Source of the DNA: Ptychomitrium polyphyllum
Taxonomy: Eukaryota
Direction: 5' to 3'
NCBI GenBank assembly: GCA_973851085.1
Contig: OZ316776.1
Location: forward strand, 4,836,001 to 4,900,000
Length of the DNA: 64,000 nt
The notes under the pieces were generated by a model. It saw only the letters and a program-made list of their open reading frames with translations. It was not told the origin of the DNA and did no database searches. The translations under genes were made by a program, and so were the position numbers. Shown here in pieces: positions 36,871 to 51,800 of the stretch (positions within the stretch are counted from its first letter, which is position 1; each line of letters opens with the position of its first letter).

Positions 36871-39358
36871 CTAATACAAGCCAATTGCCTTCCACCAGAG
36901 ACCTCCAGCCACAGTCCAAACCAAAATGTTCCACACAGCCATCGTTGCTCCATACTTGAATACATCCTTCAGCTCCACATATCCAGCTGCCATGAAAAAC
37001 AAATATAGGGAATCAGGAAATTACAGCCTGATTTCAGACATAGAAACCTCTGCCAGGAATATGCAATACAAGCTGAGAACAATCCATGTCAAGCCACTAC
37101 CGCTAATCAGCACACTGTTATCTCACAACACCCCTACTTAAACAGAAAGCCAAAGAGGAAGGTGTTCAAACGCTTACAGCCAAAGTATACTGCAGCCTGG
37201 CCACTGCTGTAATGCGTCAGGCCTCCAAAAAGGTTGGTGTTGAAAGCAAGAGCTAGAGCTGCCAAAACTGTAGGAACTCCAGAGGCGATGTGCATCGCAA
37301 GAAAAGCTGAGTAGAGGGCGCCCACATGTCCCGTTTGGCTGGCAAATAGGTAGTGAGAGACGAAATATGTGGCTTGGAGTACCCCGAAAGCTGCTGGCCA
37401 GCTGAGAGAGTAAGAGGCCAGCGTCGCGGCAACCGCATCAGACATCCACTTGACAAGCCCTAGGTTGGATAAATTTCCGGCCATGCCAACCAGGACGGCA
37501 AACCACGTCAACGTGTCCCAGGCAGACTTCTCACTGAGGCAGTCATCCCAGTTCAAGACTCCCACAAGGAGAAGGATGCAAAGCCCCAACATTGCAGCAA
37601 CCACACTGGCAACACCGAGTGTCTCCCTGCAGGACCCTCCAAAAAAACCCAAATGAGAAAGAGAAAACTTAGAGAATGATCAGTATCACTAGTTGATGTA
37701 GATGGGAAAGTAACAAGTGGGATTGATAGTGAATGCTCACCCAAAGACCCACAGAGTAACAGCCAACAGCATCGTTGCCACCATGGACCACTCATTCTGA
37801 GTAACAGGTCCCAGTTTCCTCAGCTTCTCGGCGGCAGCAGAGGGAGCGTCCGGCGTGTCCTTGACTTCTGGCGGAAAGAGCTTGTACAGTATAAGTGGGG
37901 TTGTGAGGAGCGCTAGCAATGCTGGCACAATCGCCGCCTTGAACCATGATACCCATGGGTTTGCAATGACTACTCCGAGCTCTTGCGCCAGTTTCAAGCA
38001 AAGAAGATTCTGAGCAGCCGCAGTCAGAAACAGGGCGCTCGAGTTTCCAGCTGCCTGATAGTTCAAACAAAAAACACAAAAGAGGTTAGGGCATTGACCC
38101 AATATTATTCAGGACACGAATAAACCGTTGTGCTCTCATCGAATCCAACCGCAAACTAAGAAACTCAAAGAGCACCAAAACATTGTTGCAACATGCAGTA
38201 GCTCCAGGGGAGCCAATCTCCAAAATTCTTTCCCTAGAAATTAAGTTAAAAAGTTCTTCGACCAAATTTTCTCGTTGAATTCGATCATATTAAAGAATAT
38301 CGCAATCCTCTCTCATTCCTGCTCAAATAGTATACGATCATGAACATTATCACCAAATGCAACAATAGCTACAGATGAGGGTGTTCTACAACATTGTCTA
38401 ATTCCTTGTGTGATCACTATAAATGGAATACCAAAACAACAGCCAGCATTACACTCACCTGAAATTGCGTCATCACAAGATACGCTCCCAACTTGCTGGC
38501 GGACTTATCCTTGGGCTTACTGCCAGAGGAAAGCGACAAGGAGCCGATGATGGGCAAGAACACGCCTCCAGCTCTAGCCGTGGTGCTGGGCATAGCGGGC
38601 GCCAACAGGGTTTCACTCAAAGCAAGACCGTAAGAAAGACCTAGAGTGCTCTTCCCCAGCCACTTGACAAAGTAGGTCGCGACGCGGTCGCCGAGGCCCG
38701 TCTTCACAAACCCTCTTGCGAAAAAGAACGAGATCACAATCAACCAGATGACATCGTTCGTGAACGCCCCAAATGCCGCCGCGAACGTCAAGGTCTTCGT
38801 CAACACGGCCACTGTCAATCCCAGAAACGCCCACGCCCCAACTGGCAACGGCGACAACACCAGCCCCGTGATCGTGGATGCGAATATCGCCAGCAGCTGC
38901 CACGCCTGCATTGTCACCGTTTCTGGCTTCTTCACAAGGTACCGCAATGCCACCCCCACTCCCACAGACAACACGAACGGCAAGGGTTTCACGCCCTTCC
39001 ACGACGACACTGCCTTCGCCTCCGGCACCTCCCCATCTGTCGCCGCAACGGCACTCGCGCTCGCCCTCGCAATCCCATTAGTCCCCACATTCCTCCCCAA
39101 TCCCCTCACACCCCCCGACACCTCCTCAACCTCGGCCCTCCTGAACCTCCCATCCAAGATCGACAATTGCAACCTCACATCCTTAACATTCGGCAGAAAC
39201 AAAGAACTCTTCCTCAACGAACTCCGATTCAAAGAAGCTCCGACGCCAAGACGAGCCCGCGAAGAGTTCAGCTTGCCCCTCACGGGTGCGGCTTGCTGGT
39301 GCCGATGGCGGAGTTTCCAAGACGACAAGTGCAGGTTGGCCCCGGCCTGCAACGCCAT
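36871..39358 (-). CDS. DiT2: Plastid dicarboxylate (glutamate/malate) translocator, DiT2-type, DASS family; 4 exons, about 592 aa
   Basis: Exons 39358-38459, 38054-37741, 37626-37178, 36986-36871 (1779 nt). Ser/Arg-rich transit peptide, then WQLLAIF...PLPVGAWAF, FFFARGFVKTGLGDRVATYFVKWLGKSTLGLSYGL, PAMPSTTARAGG, LFLTAAAQNLLC, HYLFASQTGHVGALY and WWKAIGLY*. Confidence 0.94.
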
Positions 39359-41707
39359 CGCTCTAGCAACGTCGTCGCCCCCGGCAGGTTCCGGAGAAGC
39401 TGAAGCACAGCCTGAGATGCAAAAAAAGCCCCGTACCGTGGCAGTGGTGATGAAGTTCTCGACGCCAGCGAGCCTCCCGCACCTTCCTTCCACGATGACA
39501 GTCTTCGCTTTTCTATTGCTGGTGATGATGACCTTCATACAACAGGCAAACTTGACACTCGTGATGCGTGATAAGAATCCGTCAATTTGGGGCTAAACTT
39601 AGACTAATTCTGTTCCGCCTGGGGTGGACTGTGCGCATCCCTGCGCGGAGAATCTGGATCCCGTGTCCAGCCTTTGCCTTCCCATTGCAGGACTGTTGCC
39701 AGCTGGGCTCCACACTGCCTCAGATGCTGCAGCGCGCAAGTTGCGCATTGCCCTTTGGACTCACGAATCTCCTCTGGACTCTAGACTCCACTGTTTTGGT
39801 TGTGCCATCTTGATTACTGCTTCTATCTTCACTCTCCCTAGATTTAGTAGAGAACGTTGCACTAAAACCGGTTTTAGTGTCACCAATTCTAATGCCTTGT
39901 GTATAATACGAAATGGAACCAATTCCACGTCACTAACACTAAATGTCGGACTGGAAGAACAAAGCACTTTGTAGATCGTTTGTAAACAATGTCATCCATA
40001 AAGTGATTCACCGTGACTCTAAATTGTATGCAATACTAAAAATCATTTTAACGTAGAGTAGGCAGCCAAGTTGGCCAGTATCAGTAAAGGTGGTATCTGG
40101 TATACTTACTGGTGTAGAAATGCTGGGTAAATTATTAACTAGGGATATTTATTGAGATTCTGTTATACGAATAGTGTTCATATCTTTGTTCCTTGCTGAA
40201 ATATTCAGTTTTGCTTAAAAGTTATAATCTTCTGGAAGTGACTAGTATTAGCAATATTAACTGCCACTTTTGATGTAACTATGCAGCGGAGGTTCCAAGA
40301 CGAGAAGTGTAGTCTATTCTGTTTAAGTCATGTGAATAATTTATTAAAATTATTTTTAATATTTTTCGTTTCAAAGTCATTGAAGGCTTGAGCGTGAGTC
40401 ACTTTTCTTTGATTATTCTGACACAAACAATGTGGTTGTACTAAGTTATAAAGAGTAATGAGCATCAATGTGTTTGTGACACACCAAGTTGGGCCGTTAT
40501 TTCAAGAGCCAGGTACAGTATTTATTTTTTAGTGCAATTGGAGACTTCTGAGAATGAAGTGATGAATTCATGAACAGCACATTTTATAAATCTTTTACTT
40601 GAATGATTCTTCTGCATTAATAATAATGCAGAAAAGTTCTGATGCACTGAGGGAGTTTAAACCACGAGATACCAGCCAGGTTTGCCCAGCAGAGTTATTA
40701 GCGGTTTCGTTTACAAACTGTGGACTTGGATAGTACAGTAGTAAGTGATGATATTCAAAACCATCGAGTATACGGGCTTGGGAAGGAATGAGTATGTGTA
40801 GCACGTACTGTACACAGGTTCTACTGTGGGGCCTTGTGTAACATTACTTTTGAATCTGGTTGAGGATCTCTGGATTCAAAAAGTTAACCTCCCAAACAAA
40901 CTGGACAATCCACGGCAGTAGAAAGGCCAGGATGTGAAGAGCAGAACCTGCGGGGACCAGGCTTCGCAATTTATCTACTTCCAGAATAGCACTAGATTTA
41001 CCTATAAACCAAAAGTCCTGGCTCCCCAAAATGAATGCAAGTTCTGTTCAATTTTGACACTTTCTGAGAAGAAGGTCCCATCGCTAAGAGAAAAGTGTTG
41101 GAGCTTGAATGAGAGCCAAACGGCATCGAGAGTGCATATGGATAGCAAGGAGACAACACTCGTTCGAGATGATAGATTCTCAAAAGATGGTGAAGAAACA
41201 GGGACATGGTTTCCAGAATTTGAAAGCCATCAACTTGAAAGCCCAATTTCATTTCAGCACAAGAAATTACACCACAGAACCACATGATCGAGTAGCTTAA
41301 GAAATGGCCAGCTCGAAAATGACCAGCACCAATTCTTTTCTAATAAATACAAAAGGAGCTCCCGACTAAGTCGACAGAAAGGAGTGATTTTCACTACTCT
41401 CATCAATAAACACACTAATTGATTGTCAGAATCAAGCCAAGTTGAAAAACCTGATTGGACAACAGAAAGAAGAACGGCGAGAGAATTACAGACTAACGTA
41501 AATTGAGCTGAAGAAGCTCAGAAAACTAAAGCTTTAGAAAAATCTCAACCCTGTTGCATGACCTTTTGATCGAATGTATGAACACCGCCTGCTAATTAAA
41601 TGGTTTCAACTACAGAAGAATTAATGTTAACAAATTGGGTAAGTTCAGATCACCCCACATCTTCATACAGGGTGCTAATTATTCCATCTCAAATGAGCCC
41701 TCACCAG

Positions 41708-44700
41708 CTATTTCAGGTTCTTGTTTACAACAGACACTGGAATGCGAACTGTGTGACCCAATGACCCCTTCATTGTGATCAATCCGAAGCTGGAAGCCTG
41801 GGATATCTTGGTAGCCCGCACTGTGAAGATTATGGTTTGCTTGTTGCGAAGTCCAACTCCAATGGTGAATACCGCAGGGTTGGCAGTGACAACGAAGTCA
41901 CTTGGGTTTCTGATTGTGATGGTGTAAGTCTCGCCAAGAGGCGCCACGTTCGTTACTGTTCTTGGCACCAATTTGGTTCCCATCAGATTGGCAAATGTGA
42001 TGGATGGAATGTTGAGGTCCGTTGCCATGCCAAAACGTACTGGGCAAACAGTCTTCGTTGCCCCAAGGACCTCTTTGGTAGTCGCCAGAGAGCACAGAAA
42101 CTTCACGTAATCAAGGTGCCCTGTCAAAAACACATCAGAGTCACGTTACGAAAATACATTTGTTTTTAATGTGTTCGGAATGACATCAGAGTTATGGTTT
42201 TGAATGATGATATTTACAGCAAACTACCTACAGTATTTATTGCAAAAGAAAATTATTCAAAAAAATTCCCCATATGAAAATATTATTATTGAGCACAAGG
42301 TGCTAAGTGCTGTGCAAGTATGATAACATCAAGGTGCCCTATTTACAGAAGGAAATTATGGCAACTGACCTGCTTCGAAGATGAGTCCAGGGTTCATGGC
42401 AGTGTTGATGTTGAGTGCTCCACCGCCCATGTCGAACGGAGTAGCAGCTTGCAAGAACGGGATAGAATTTGGAGAAGGCTGCTGCGCTTGAAGAGGACGC
42501 CCTTGCCGATCCGTCACGTCCGCCGTGGTCACCATAGCCGAGGACAGAGCTGCAGGGCTCCAAGTGGGGTACTTCGCCTTCAGCATCGCTGCCAACCCAG
42601 CCACATGCGGCGTTGCCATACTCGTTCCCGAGATCATGGCAAACTTTTGACCTGCAATAACTCAATCCAAAAATTAATTAATATCAACTCATGATCATTC
42701 ACCTAGAATTAACCTATGTACTGTCCAGGAGCCTGGCTCTAAGTGCATTAGGAAGAGGCGCATACCGGCAAACGCTGGATTATCAGTACCGATGGGAGTC
42801 CAGGCACCCCAGATGAGGTACCCGGGCGCCATCACATTTGGTTTCAACACATCTGCTTCGTTGAAGTTGAAGTCCTTGACATCTGGCCCTCTTGAAGAAA
42901 ACAGCGCCACTTGCTGCACAGCTTTTGTGTAGGTCACGATTTCTCCGTTGCCGATCTTCGCAGTTGCACCTAACATCAAGACTTTTCCCGCCCGGTCTTT
43001 CTTTGTGTTTTTGTTGTAGTAATCTATAACAGTCTGCCATGTATGTGTAGCAAAATGTTGAATTAAAACTAGATTTTGTGGACGGATAATCATACAACAT
43101 TATGTTTTTAAGCCTGCCTATGCAAGTTCAGAAATTCAGCAAGAGAAGCTAGTTATAGGGGCTTACTTGGGAGTCAACAGCGTTGGGAAAAACGATGACA
43201 GGAATCGAAAGTGGAATAGGCTCAAACTTTCCACCCGAAGTGTCCGAGTCCACCACCATGGCCACACCCGCGGCTCCCAACGTCTTTATCGTCGTCTCTA
43301 ACTGCTGCATTGTGCTGCCACCGAAAACGTAGTCAAAAGAGTAAGTGCATATGAGGATCTTCCCACGCACGAGTACTTTGTTGTACAGTTGAGGGGCCTG
43401 GCAGTCACCGGGCGACAGTGCTGGATCGCCTTTCCCTGCCACTGCGTCCTGAGCTAAAATCATGGGGTACAGAGCCACACCCGCCGTTGGAGCTGTCAAG
43501 GAATGAAAAACATCAACATGCACACCATTTCAGTTCGTGTCCACTTAGTAACCCAGGTCCCTACTCCAGGCTGAGAAAGAAAGAAGAGAAAGGATATGAA
43601 TTTGAAATATATAGTAGGTAAAGAGAGGAAGTCTAAACCTTGGAATGCCATCTGGACTTCCTTTAATTCCCTATTCGTCTAATATGTTTAGATGAGACTT
43701 ACGAGCTATTCCACTTCCTCTGATGATTCTCTTATCTCCAAGAGTGAGGAGATTGGGGAAAGTGCGATCATCTTGTCCTGCTGCCACGGACAGCACCCAT
43801 GGGCTGAAGGATGTCACGGTCTTGGCGTAGGGGCCGCCGTTGCCGGCTGCCTGGACAACCAGCACATTGGCCTTGACTGCGTTGAGAAGAGCTATGTCTA
43901 ACACATTCAAGAAGGTACTTGTTGATCCTCCAGGTGGGCTGTTTGGTCCTAGTGACAAACTCAGTATGTCCACTCCGTCAGCCACCGCCTGCATTACACG
44001 AGGTGACATCACATTTTTAACACAACAAACAGGACAAGATAAATGGTCCTTGAGACTGCACACCAAGGTTGTCATCACAACGCTAGCAACAAAAATTATG
44101 AAAAATGAGAAAACTTAGAGTTTTGAACTTTAACCTATGAATCATTTCAAGGCATCCTGAGAAATACCTGATCACATGCAGCAACAACATCGGGGATGAA
44201 TCCTCCAATAAAGCGGTACAAAGCCTTGTAGACAGCAACCCTAAAAGATATGTTCCAAACAAGATTAATTAGGACATGCATGCAACATACTTTCGCAAAT
44301 ACCTTCAGGACATCAACTGAGTCTTCAATACATTTCAGTTATCCAATGAACTCCAACGTAGTATACATCTCAAGGTGACAACAAGCCATGAAGTTGACAG
44401 GCAACAGAAACTGTGCAACAGCCGATCACCTTGCCCTTGGTGCTATGCCACTTGCGTTGCCATAGTGAACGCCATTCATCACCACAGGCACTCCATAATT
44501 TCCAGCTGCAGTAGATGCCGTATGACTGCCATAAAGTAAATACAGATGCAAGTACAGTTTAACCGACTAGGATAACACCCACACACACCAAAAGAAAAAG
44601 AAAAAAAAGGAGAACGATACGAAAGTTCGCAACCAAAGCATCAAATATCAAACATCACTAAGTCTAACCTTCCGTGGCCATCTCCATCCAACGGCGATGC

Positions 44701-45812
44701 AAAATGAAGACTTGCATTAAATGCTCCATCTTTCTTTGCAGCAGCAGCGAAGTATCGTGCTCCAATAATTTTCCCGTTGCACGAGCCAAGGGGATACTCT
44801 TTAGCCACGTCGCAGGTACCTCTGTATTTTCTAAGAGGACCATAGGGCTTCAGGCCACCGGCAGCGAAACTTGGATGTGTGGGGTCAATTCCTGTGTCTA
44901 CTATTCCAATGATCATATTCTCCCCGGCACCTGCAGGGCCTCCCATTTGTGCCCACACCCCTTTTGGTAGTCCCAGGTACTCTGGGGTGTGCACAGTGGA
45001 CTTGTACACCTTGTAACTCTTCTGAACGTGTTCCACGCCCGGAAAGTTTGCCAGCCGAAGAGCCTATTCAACAAAAGAACACAGTTTCAGCTCTATTTCA
45101 AAAACAGAAATATTATGATGCCCGGCATATCACTTCGAAATAGGGAAGAAAAGTATATGACTCATGCTTCAAAAAGAGGAGATGGTGAATGCATGTTGTA
45201 TTAATGTGTCGGGGTTCAGACCTCGTCAGATGTGAGCACAATAGCAACTCCATTGACAAGATGGGTGTAGCGGTACAGTTTTTCACATAAATCGTGTCCG
45301 AAAAACTTCTCCAGGATCGCATCCTGCTCCTTGATCAAGTAAGCGTTGTATTTGCGCACGAGGTCACTGATATGCGCCCTGAAAAGCACATTAAGAAGGT
45401 AGATATTTTCAGGTGAAGGACAAGTGATAGTATTAACACTCATCGTCATAGTTTAAAGTTCTTGCGAACGTTGAGAGCTAGCACTTGATGTACAATTGAG
45501 GTTTGTACTTGGGATTTGATCCCATTCACGCATGGCCTTCCATTGGACAAAACTGAAACCAGGTGGGCAATGGGTGATAGCATACCTTTTGTGAGATTTT
45601 CTCCAGTGCTCCGAAAAGTACTTAGCAGTACCTCGCAGTCCAACGATTTTTCCATTGTAGGTCACAATTGGCATTTGCTCAAACACCACAATGTACATAT
45701 CTTTCTTCGCAAGCGCGCCAGCCGGAGCATTTTCGTTGGCTTCAATGCAGTTAAGCAACGTCAGCCCTAACGTCAAGAGAACCAACACCAACCATAGTGA
45801 TTGCGTTCTCAT
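41708..45812 (-). CDS. Subtilisin-like serine protease (S8A, SBT2/ALE1-like); 10 exons, about 840 aa
   Basis: Exons 45812-45586, 45378-45222, 45063-44669, 44525-44430, 44240-44168, 43988-43703, 43492-43167, 43033-42766, 42651-42370, 42120-41708 (2523 nt). Signal peptide, I9 prodomain (YIVVF, LYRYTHLVNGVA), catalytic triad IVDTGIDP / DGDGHGSHTAS / SGTSMATPH, oxyanion AAGNGG, PA domain, and C-terminal DLNIPSIT...RTVTNV. Confidence 0.94.
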
Positions 45813-48800
45813 TCTAATGTACTGCTCCAATGCCGACAGTGCCTTCAATGCAAACAGGTCGCACAGACAGAAATTGCCTCCCAGCTTCAAAAACCGGGGA
45901 TCTTGCAGCACAGATGTGTAGTTTTGACCCGCAAAGCTTTTGTACCAAATTACAAAGAAAGGAATCCTCACTCAATGCACCTCATGCTATGTGCACTTGC
46001 TCCGGTTGCCTGCACAAGAGTTTAGTTTCATGCTTAATAGCAGCTCAACTTTAAGTGACTTCTCTTCAGAGACTGGGTTTTAGAAGAAGATTACGTTACA
46101 AATACTCATGCCAAGAAATATCATCCCATCAGCTCAGAGACCCAACAGAAGGTCATGGTACATGAAATATGGAAGCTTGTTTTGATCAAGCCATAGAAAG
46201 ATTTCATTGCAAACGAATGTGTTTTCCTGGTTTGGGCTCATAACGCCATTGATGAGCACTCAATAAAAACATTGATAACAAGACTAGTACTGGCTTTGAC
46301 AAGAGACACGGCTTAAAGAAAGAAAATAATCGCAACCAAGTTACCAATGCGTTGCATTATGTGGCAACATTCCAGAGTGCGGTACCCAGAATCACACACG
46401 GCTCGACAGATTAATTCCATAGCTGCTCAAAAAGTGCAAACCTCCCATCGGTCGGCTTTAGCTAAACTTACATCAAAACTCCGACTTGAACATGGACAGT
46501 CAAACACGTTAATCGATGACGTGATCACAAAGCCTAAAGACTGTTTGCTACTAATTGAAAAAAATGCCACGCGATTGAACCCGACTCAGAAGTGAACCCA
46601 GTCCACTAGGTTCCTCTCGCGATTCCCTGACGATGGTAGTCGTACTCCAATGCCCATTCATGTCACTCAAAACTCATTCCTTGTCACCCTCTAACTCCTC
46701 TACATGTATCACTAACATCCGATCATCGATGAACTTCAACCAAAAGTACCCAAACTGATTATTCGACCAAAATGCCACTTGGGCAGATTAAACCTTCCAT
46801 TTCACAAAAATGCCGAAGAGGTCACCATACTCTCCTAAGTCACTTCGCACACACACTGCGATAATCAACCAACCAGCGTGCGTCTGGCAGACAAAGGTAC
46901 TAGTACGACAATATGAACACTTGCCCCGCTCAACGACCCATTCTAACAATCCCCACCTCTCTCTACAACCGAAGAATTGCGAAACGATGGCGACAGCAGA
47001 GACAACACCAGAATCGCGAAGAAGAGTGAGGGCCCCATGGTTGACCCACCTGCAAAGCATACGCAGTACTGCTCTCAGCAGCTGCAGAGGCGTGGAAACA
47101 GAGCATGCACCGACGGCGTTGGGATGCTGTTGTTGTGGTTCCCAACTTCCCGCCCTGGTGTGATTGATGGCAGAGAGCTCCCCCACCTGAGATCCACCTG
47201 CGAGGAGGGGATCATGAGCTTGCCACTCCACTCGAGAGTGAGGAGACGGCGAGTGGTAATGGCGCAACTTACGTGCAGCTGGTTCCTGGGCCCTGCGGGT
47301 GGCTAGCCGAGGCGAGTCCTCTGTTGCGCAGTGCAGTGCAGCCCAGCAGCAGCAGCAGCACAGGCACAAATACAGCAGCAGCTGCAAGGACACCCACAGC
47401 TGCGCAGTGCCAACGCTGACAACAACCACAGCGTCGTAGCTGCCAGCAAGCACACCACCAGGCTGCACTTCTCTGGGCTTGCACTGCCACTCTATGGCTC
47501 TGGCTGGCACCTCCGCGTCCCAAGACATCGTTCCCCAAGAATTCCCTCCAAGTCGCCCTTGGAGGCTTGGACCCATCGAAGACCTCTGTCTCGCAAGGGC
47601 CGCATGCCTAAAATCGTCATGGTACCCAAAACTGACCCACAACTGGCATACTTTTACATCTCATAAATCCAGACTGTGCATAGGCAGTGCCGCTTTCCCA
47701 TCTAGTGACTGAGTGTCACTGTACACGACCTCGACATCATCTACGATCTCTGTGGAATCTTGCAGTGAAACGGAATACATATGGTGGATGATGTTGGTTT
47801 TTGGGTACACTGATGGTTTTGTGTATGCACCATCTAGGCATTGCCGAAAGGCGCCCGCAATCAGGCGACTTGCTCCGGAGTCTGGAGCCCAAGCTTTGCG
47901 GGCGCCGAGCTCATGAGGGTCTGCCCCGCATCCTAAATTTCAGCGCCCGTCACCAAGATCTTGGCTTCTAGGAGATGTAGGTTTTGTTCATAGTCTGTAG
48001 CTATGAACGCATATTGCAGCGCCAGGGCGAATCATCACTAACCTGAATTCAATGCTGGGGAACGTGGGCACCCTTGTTCGGAAGGCTCAACCTCTTCCGG
48101 GGGAGAAGTTTAGATAACTACATACAGCTCTTGGGAATATATTTCCATTCTTTAATTCCACTCCAAACAGAGCTAATCTCTGAGCTGGGAAGGTGCTGGC
48201 TAGCTGCTATCTCTTTCCCGATTAGTTTTCTGCCTGTTTAATACTAGTCATTCATTTTGATAATAAGATCTCACCATGAGTCCAACGTTTGTGGGACCTG
48301 CCTTGGCATGCCAAACGACAAGAAACGAAGTCTCAATGTCCACGGATGCTTGTGAACTGGAGAGCTGCGTGGCCTTTCTAACCCATCCTGGTACGCATTC
48401 GGTGTGACTTGGAATTGGTCCACTTTTGAATTTACACTAGAATTACCCACTACAGTACGCTAGGATAGAATTATTGATAGTCACATGGAATCGGTTTGGA
48501 CTTCGAGCCCAAGTGAGAAAAAAATGAATCAAGGATTTGTTAAATCACTGTGGTAGTAAATAAAATCATTTGGATGTTTTCTATTGTTCAAAGTGAAGTT
48601 TATTGTGGCAGAGAATGGAGTGTTCATCCAAACTGTAACGTGGGATAAATCTGGGAGGGCGGTACTGAAGCTTCTTGTTGGGGTGAAGTTTAATAGAGTT
48701 GCTATTGTAGTGGCATCTGGCTGGAATCTCCTATCGTCGATGAGTTACGAACAGAATTGTAAAAGTGAAAACAGTTAGTGACGTCCAGAATTATCATTGC

Positions 48801-51800
48801 ACAATGTGGCGATAACACATATGACACAGTATGTTTGGAAGGCAGTTTTTAATTTATATCACATCCACTCTTAGGCAAATGTATTAGGAGTATCAGAGGA
48901 AACTAGCTCCATACACTCAATTGTTCATTTACATTTTGGCTGCCAGAGTAGATGTGTTTGGAGCAATGTGGTTCTACCGAAAGTCCAACAAAATTCATTA
49001 AGAATATATTATGATGCCCAGAAAAGTGCATCATTTCACAAATAATCATTCACAAAGGTATAATTATGCACTATAACAGTTCAAGAGCATAAGTTTATTA
49101 ATCCTGTTGATGTTGGGAAAAAAAATTGACTAAAAATACAAATAATGTTGTAAATTACTTCTAAATCCAAAGCTTTATTGTTTTAGAAAGCATTATGGTG
49201 GTGCTTCTTTCTTTTTTAAAGATCAGGTTGTAGTGGATAGATTCAAAGATGTAGATATTTTAGTTTTACATACCAACCATCAACGTAAGATGTTGATTTT
49301 AACCTACCTTTAAACTTGTTTTAGAAGCAATTAAACAATGAAATATACTACAAATCTTCAAGAAAGCAAAAGGTACAAAATATTGCTAATTGTACTAAAT
49401 TCATGGATTTAGAAAAAACACCTATGCTACCACAATCAAAAGTATAATATAGCTTCATTAGTAATTTAAACTAAAGTGTTTTTTTATAGTTATAATAGAA
49501 TAGGTTTTATAACGAGCTAAAAGTAGGCTTATTGTCCTTTGAATGCACCTAGTACAATTATCATCAAGGATGATATTTTGCGGCTTATAATATTATATTT
49601 TGATTGTTTTAGTATTTTCTTTAATCTTAAATAAAACTCAATATTATAGATGAACAATGCTAAGAGCATTAAGCATGTCATAGAAAAAAAGCAGTTTGTT
49701 AATTTTCAAAATATAGTAGCAACAATAGCAATAAATTAATGCATACATTTAATAAAAATTGGTTGAAATACCAAGATAAAAATAAAAGATAAATTTTTAA
49801 ACAATAAAATATGAATGATAGAAGATGAAAGTCAAATTGCACATTCTTTTTGACTTTGTAAAAAATCTTGATTGTTTTAATTTAAGATCATTAAATTATA
49901 GAAGCACTTTTAATCAAAACAATGAAAATTCACCAAAGGCCATATAACATATAATATGCTATAATTGTGGTATATTAATCAAAAAATATTGTTAGAATTT
50001 TAGAAATTGCAAATGAATATTCAATGCCAAATTTGAAAATAGCCAATCCTTGGAAATTTTGTGGCTGTTTTAAATTGTGTTTTCATTGTATAACACACAA
50101 TAATAATCTTTTTACAAATGTTTTGTTGAAGCTTTGGTACTATTGGTAATAAAGCTTGGAATTTGCTCCAAACTTTAATCTTAAATAAGGACAATTCAAT
50201 AATTCCATGGAATAATAGTAATTCATTAAGGCAACAAACTTCATTTGCTTATTTTTTACAAAACTATGATTGTGCCATTTTTGTATTAAGGTTTGAAGGT
50301 CCTTGACTTCTACCTATGAAGCTATTCCATGCTAAAGTGTAAGAAATGTTGCAAGTGAGCTCATTTCCAAGTACCTTATAATTTAATGGTTAGATTTATT
50401 GGTCCAAGAAATGATAATGATGATTTTTAATTAAGAGAAAAAGTTGGATTTCATATGCGCATAGTCACAATGACGAAGCATAATGCAATTGTTTAATTTC
50501 TACTTATCATATCATTCAATTGAAAGTCTAAATCAATGGTTACAATAAAACTACAAAATACAATATGCAGCCTGAAAATTAAGCTAGTAGACATTAATTT
50601 TATATACTTTTTCATTTTGAATACATGAAGGTTTCAATTACAATTAATTAAGATTACTTCTTATTTTCTAATTGACCATAATCTTAATCTTCCTAGAACA
50701 ATATTGGTCCATATTACATTTAAATATTTTATAGCATTTTTTCATATCACATATGATACAAACATAAGTATGTTATATTACATAGGCTATTTTAAAAATC
50801 TAAAAATTTCAGGTTTAAAATCATTCTTTTTGATAGATTAGAAATGTATGGATTTTTTCCAAAATGATTTTATAATTTTCAAAAAATGATTGAAACTTTT
50901 GAGAATAATATTAGTTGTGTTTAATCAATCACTTAATGTACAATGATGCTTATCAAAAAGGCTTGAATAAATATTATTTAGATTTGCCATACTGGTAAGG
51001 ATTTGGCATAGTTAATACTGCCTTGGAGCCTCTCTAGAGTAAGGTTTTCTTTTTAAATCTAATTTAATTTCAAATTGCATCCCACATCATTGATGTTGCT
51101 ACGTGTGTACGCTCATTTAGTATCACTTGTAATCATACTATGACTATAACATATTCTTGCTTTTCTACCTCACAGGCCCAAGGGTGAGTTGCTCCAATCT
51201 CCAACTCATGAAGAATGGTTGTACATGGTGTTAACAGTGTAATTTTATTTCATGGAATTTTGGATCGGTATTTGTTTTCCCTATCCAGACTCTTGGAGTA
51301 TTTAATCCTTTAGAACTTTAGAACTATTACACTGTAAAGGATGTAATAATCTCTATTTACAATGGAAGTAATTGGAAGATTTAAACAATAAAGAAATGGC
51401 TTTTGAATCATGGAAAGGAAGAAAAGAGTTAAAACTGAAACTTCCGTGTAAAAGCAAGTTGGCAGATGGGTCTCTCTTTCACCAGTAGACAAATCTTGTG
51501 ACATATCTGAATATGGGTCAATTGAAACTTCAAAACCTGCCCAACTTCACGGATACCAAGAAAATGCTCATGACATCCAGAGCTGTTAGTTTTGGAGTGT
51601 GTGCCATTGAAGCTCATCAGCCAACTTTTGGTTGATGCACACACCCTTGTCAAACTGGAGCCAGTGACTGAGCCAGATTACCAAAGAATTGCCAAGCTTG
51701 TGGAATTTATGAGATTGGCCAACAATATTGAAGTTATGGAAGCTTGAGGCAACATTTGGTACAAACAGTGATGAGTTGAGGGAATGGGCAAGAATTCAGT

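Noticed and set aside
38748..39596. 282-aa plus-strand ORF
   Set aside because: Antisense shadow of the GC-rich DiT2 exon 1 with no domain. The same applies to the ORFs opposite PRMT5, CAD, the subtilase and AAE.
40850..41290. 117-aa ORF between DiT2 and the subtilase
   Set aside because: GTG start, no recognisable homology and no splice support.
46788..47642. 284-aa minus-strand ORF as a gene
   Set aside because: No recognisable motif, its poly-Cys/Leu stretch comes from CTG repeats, and long ORFs are expected by chance in GC-rich sequence.
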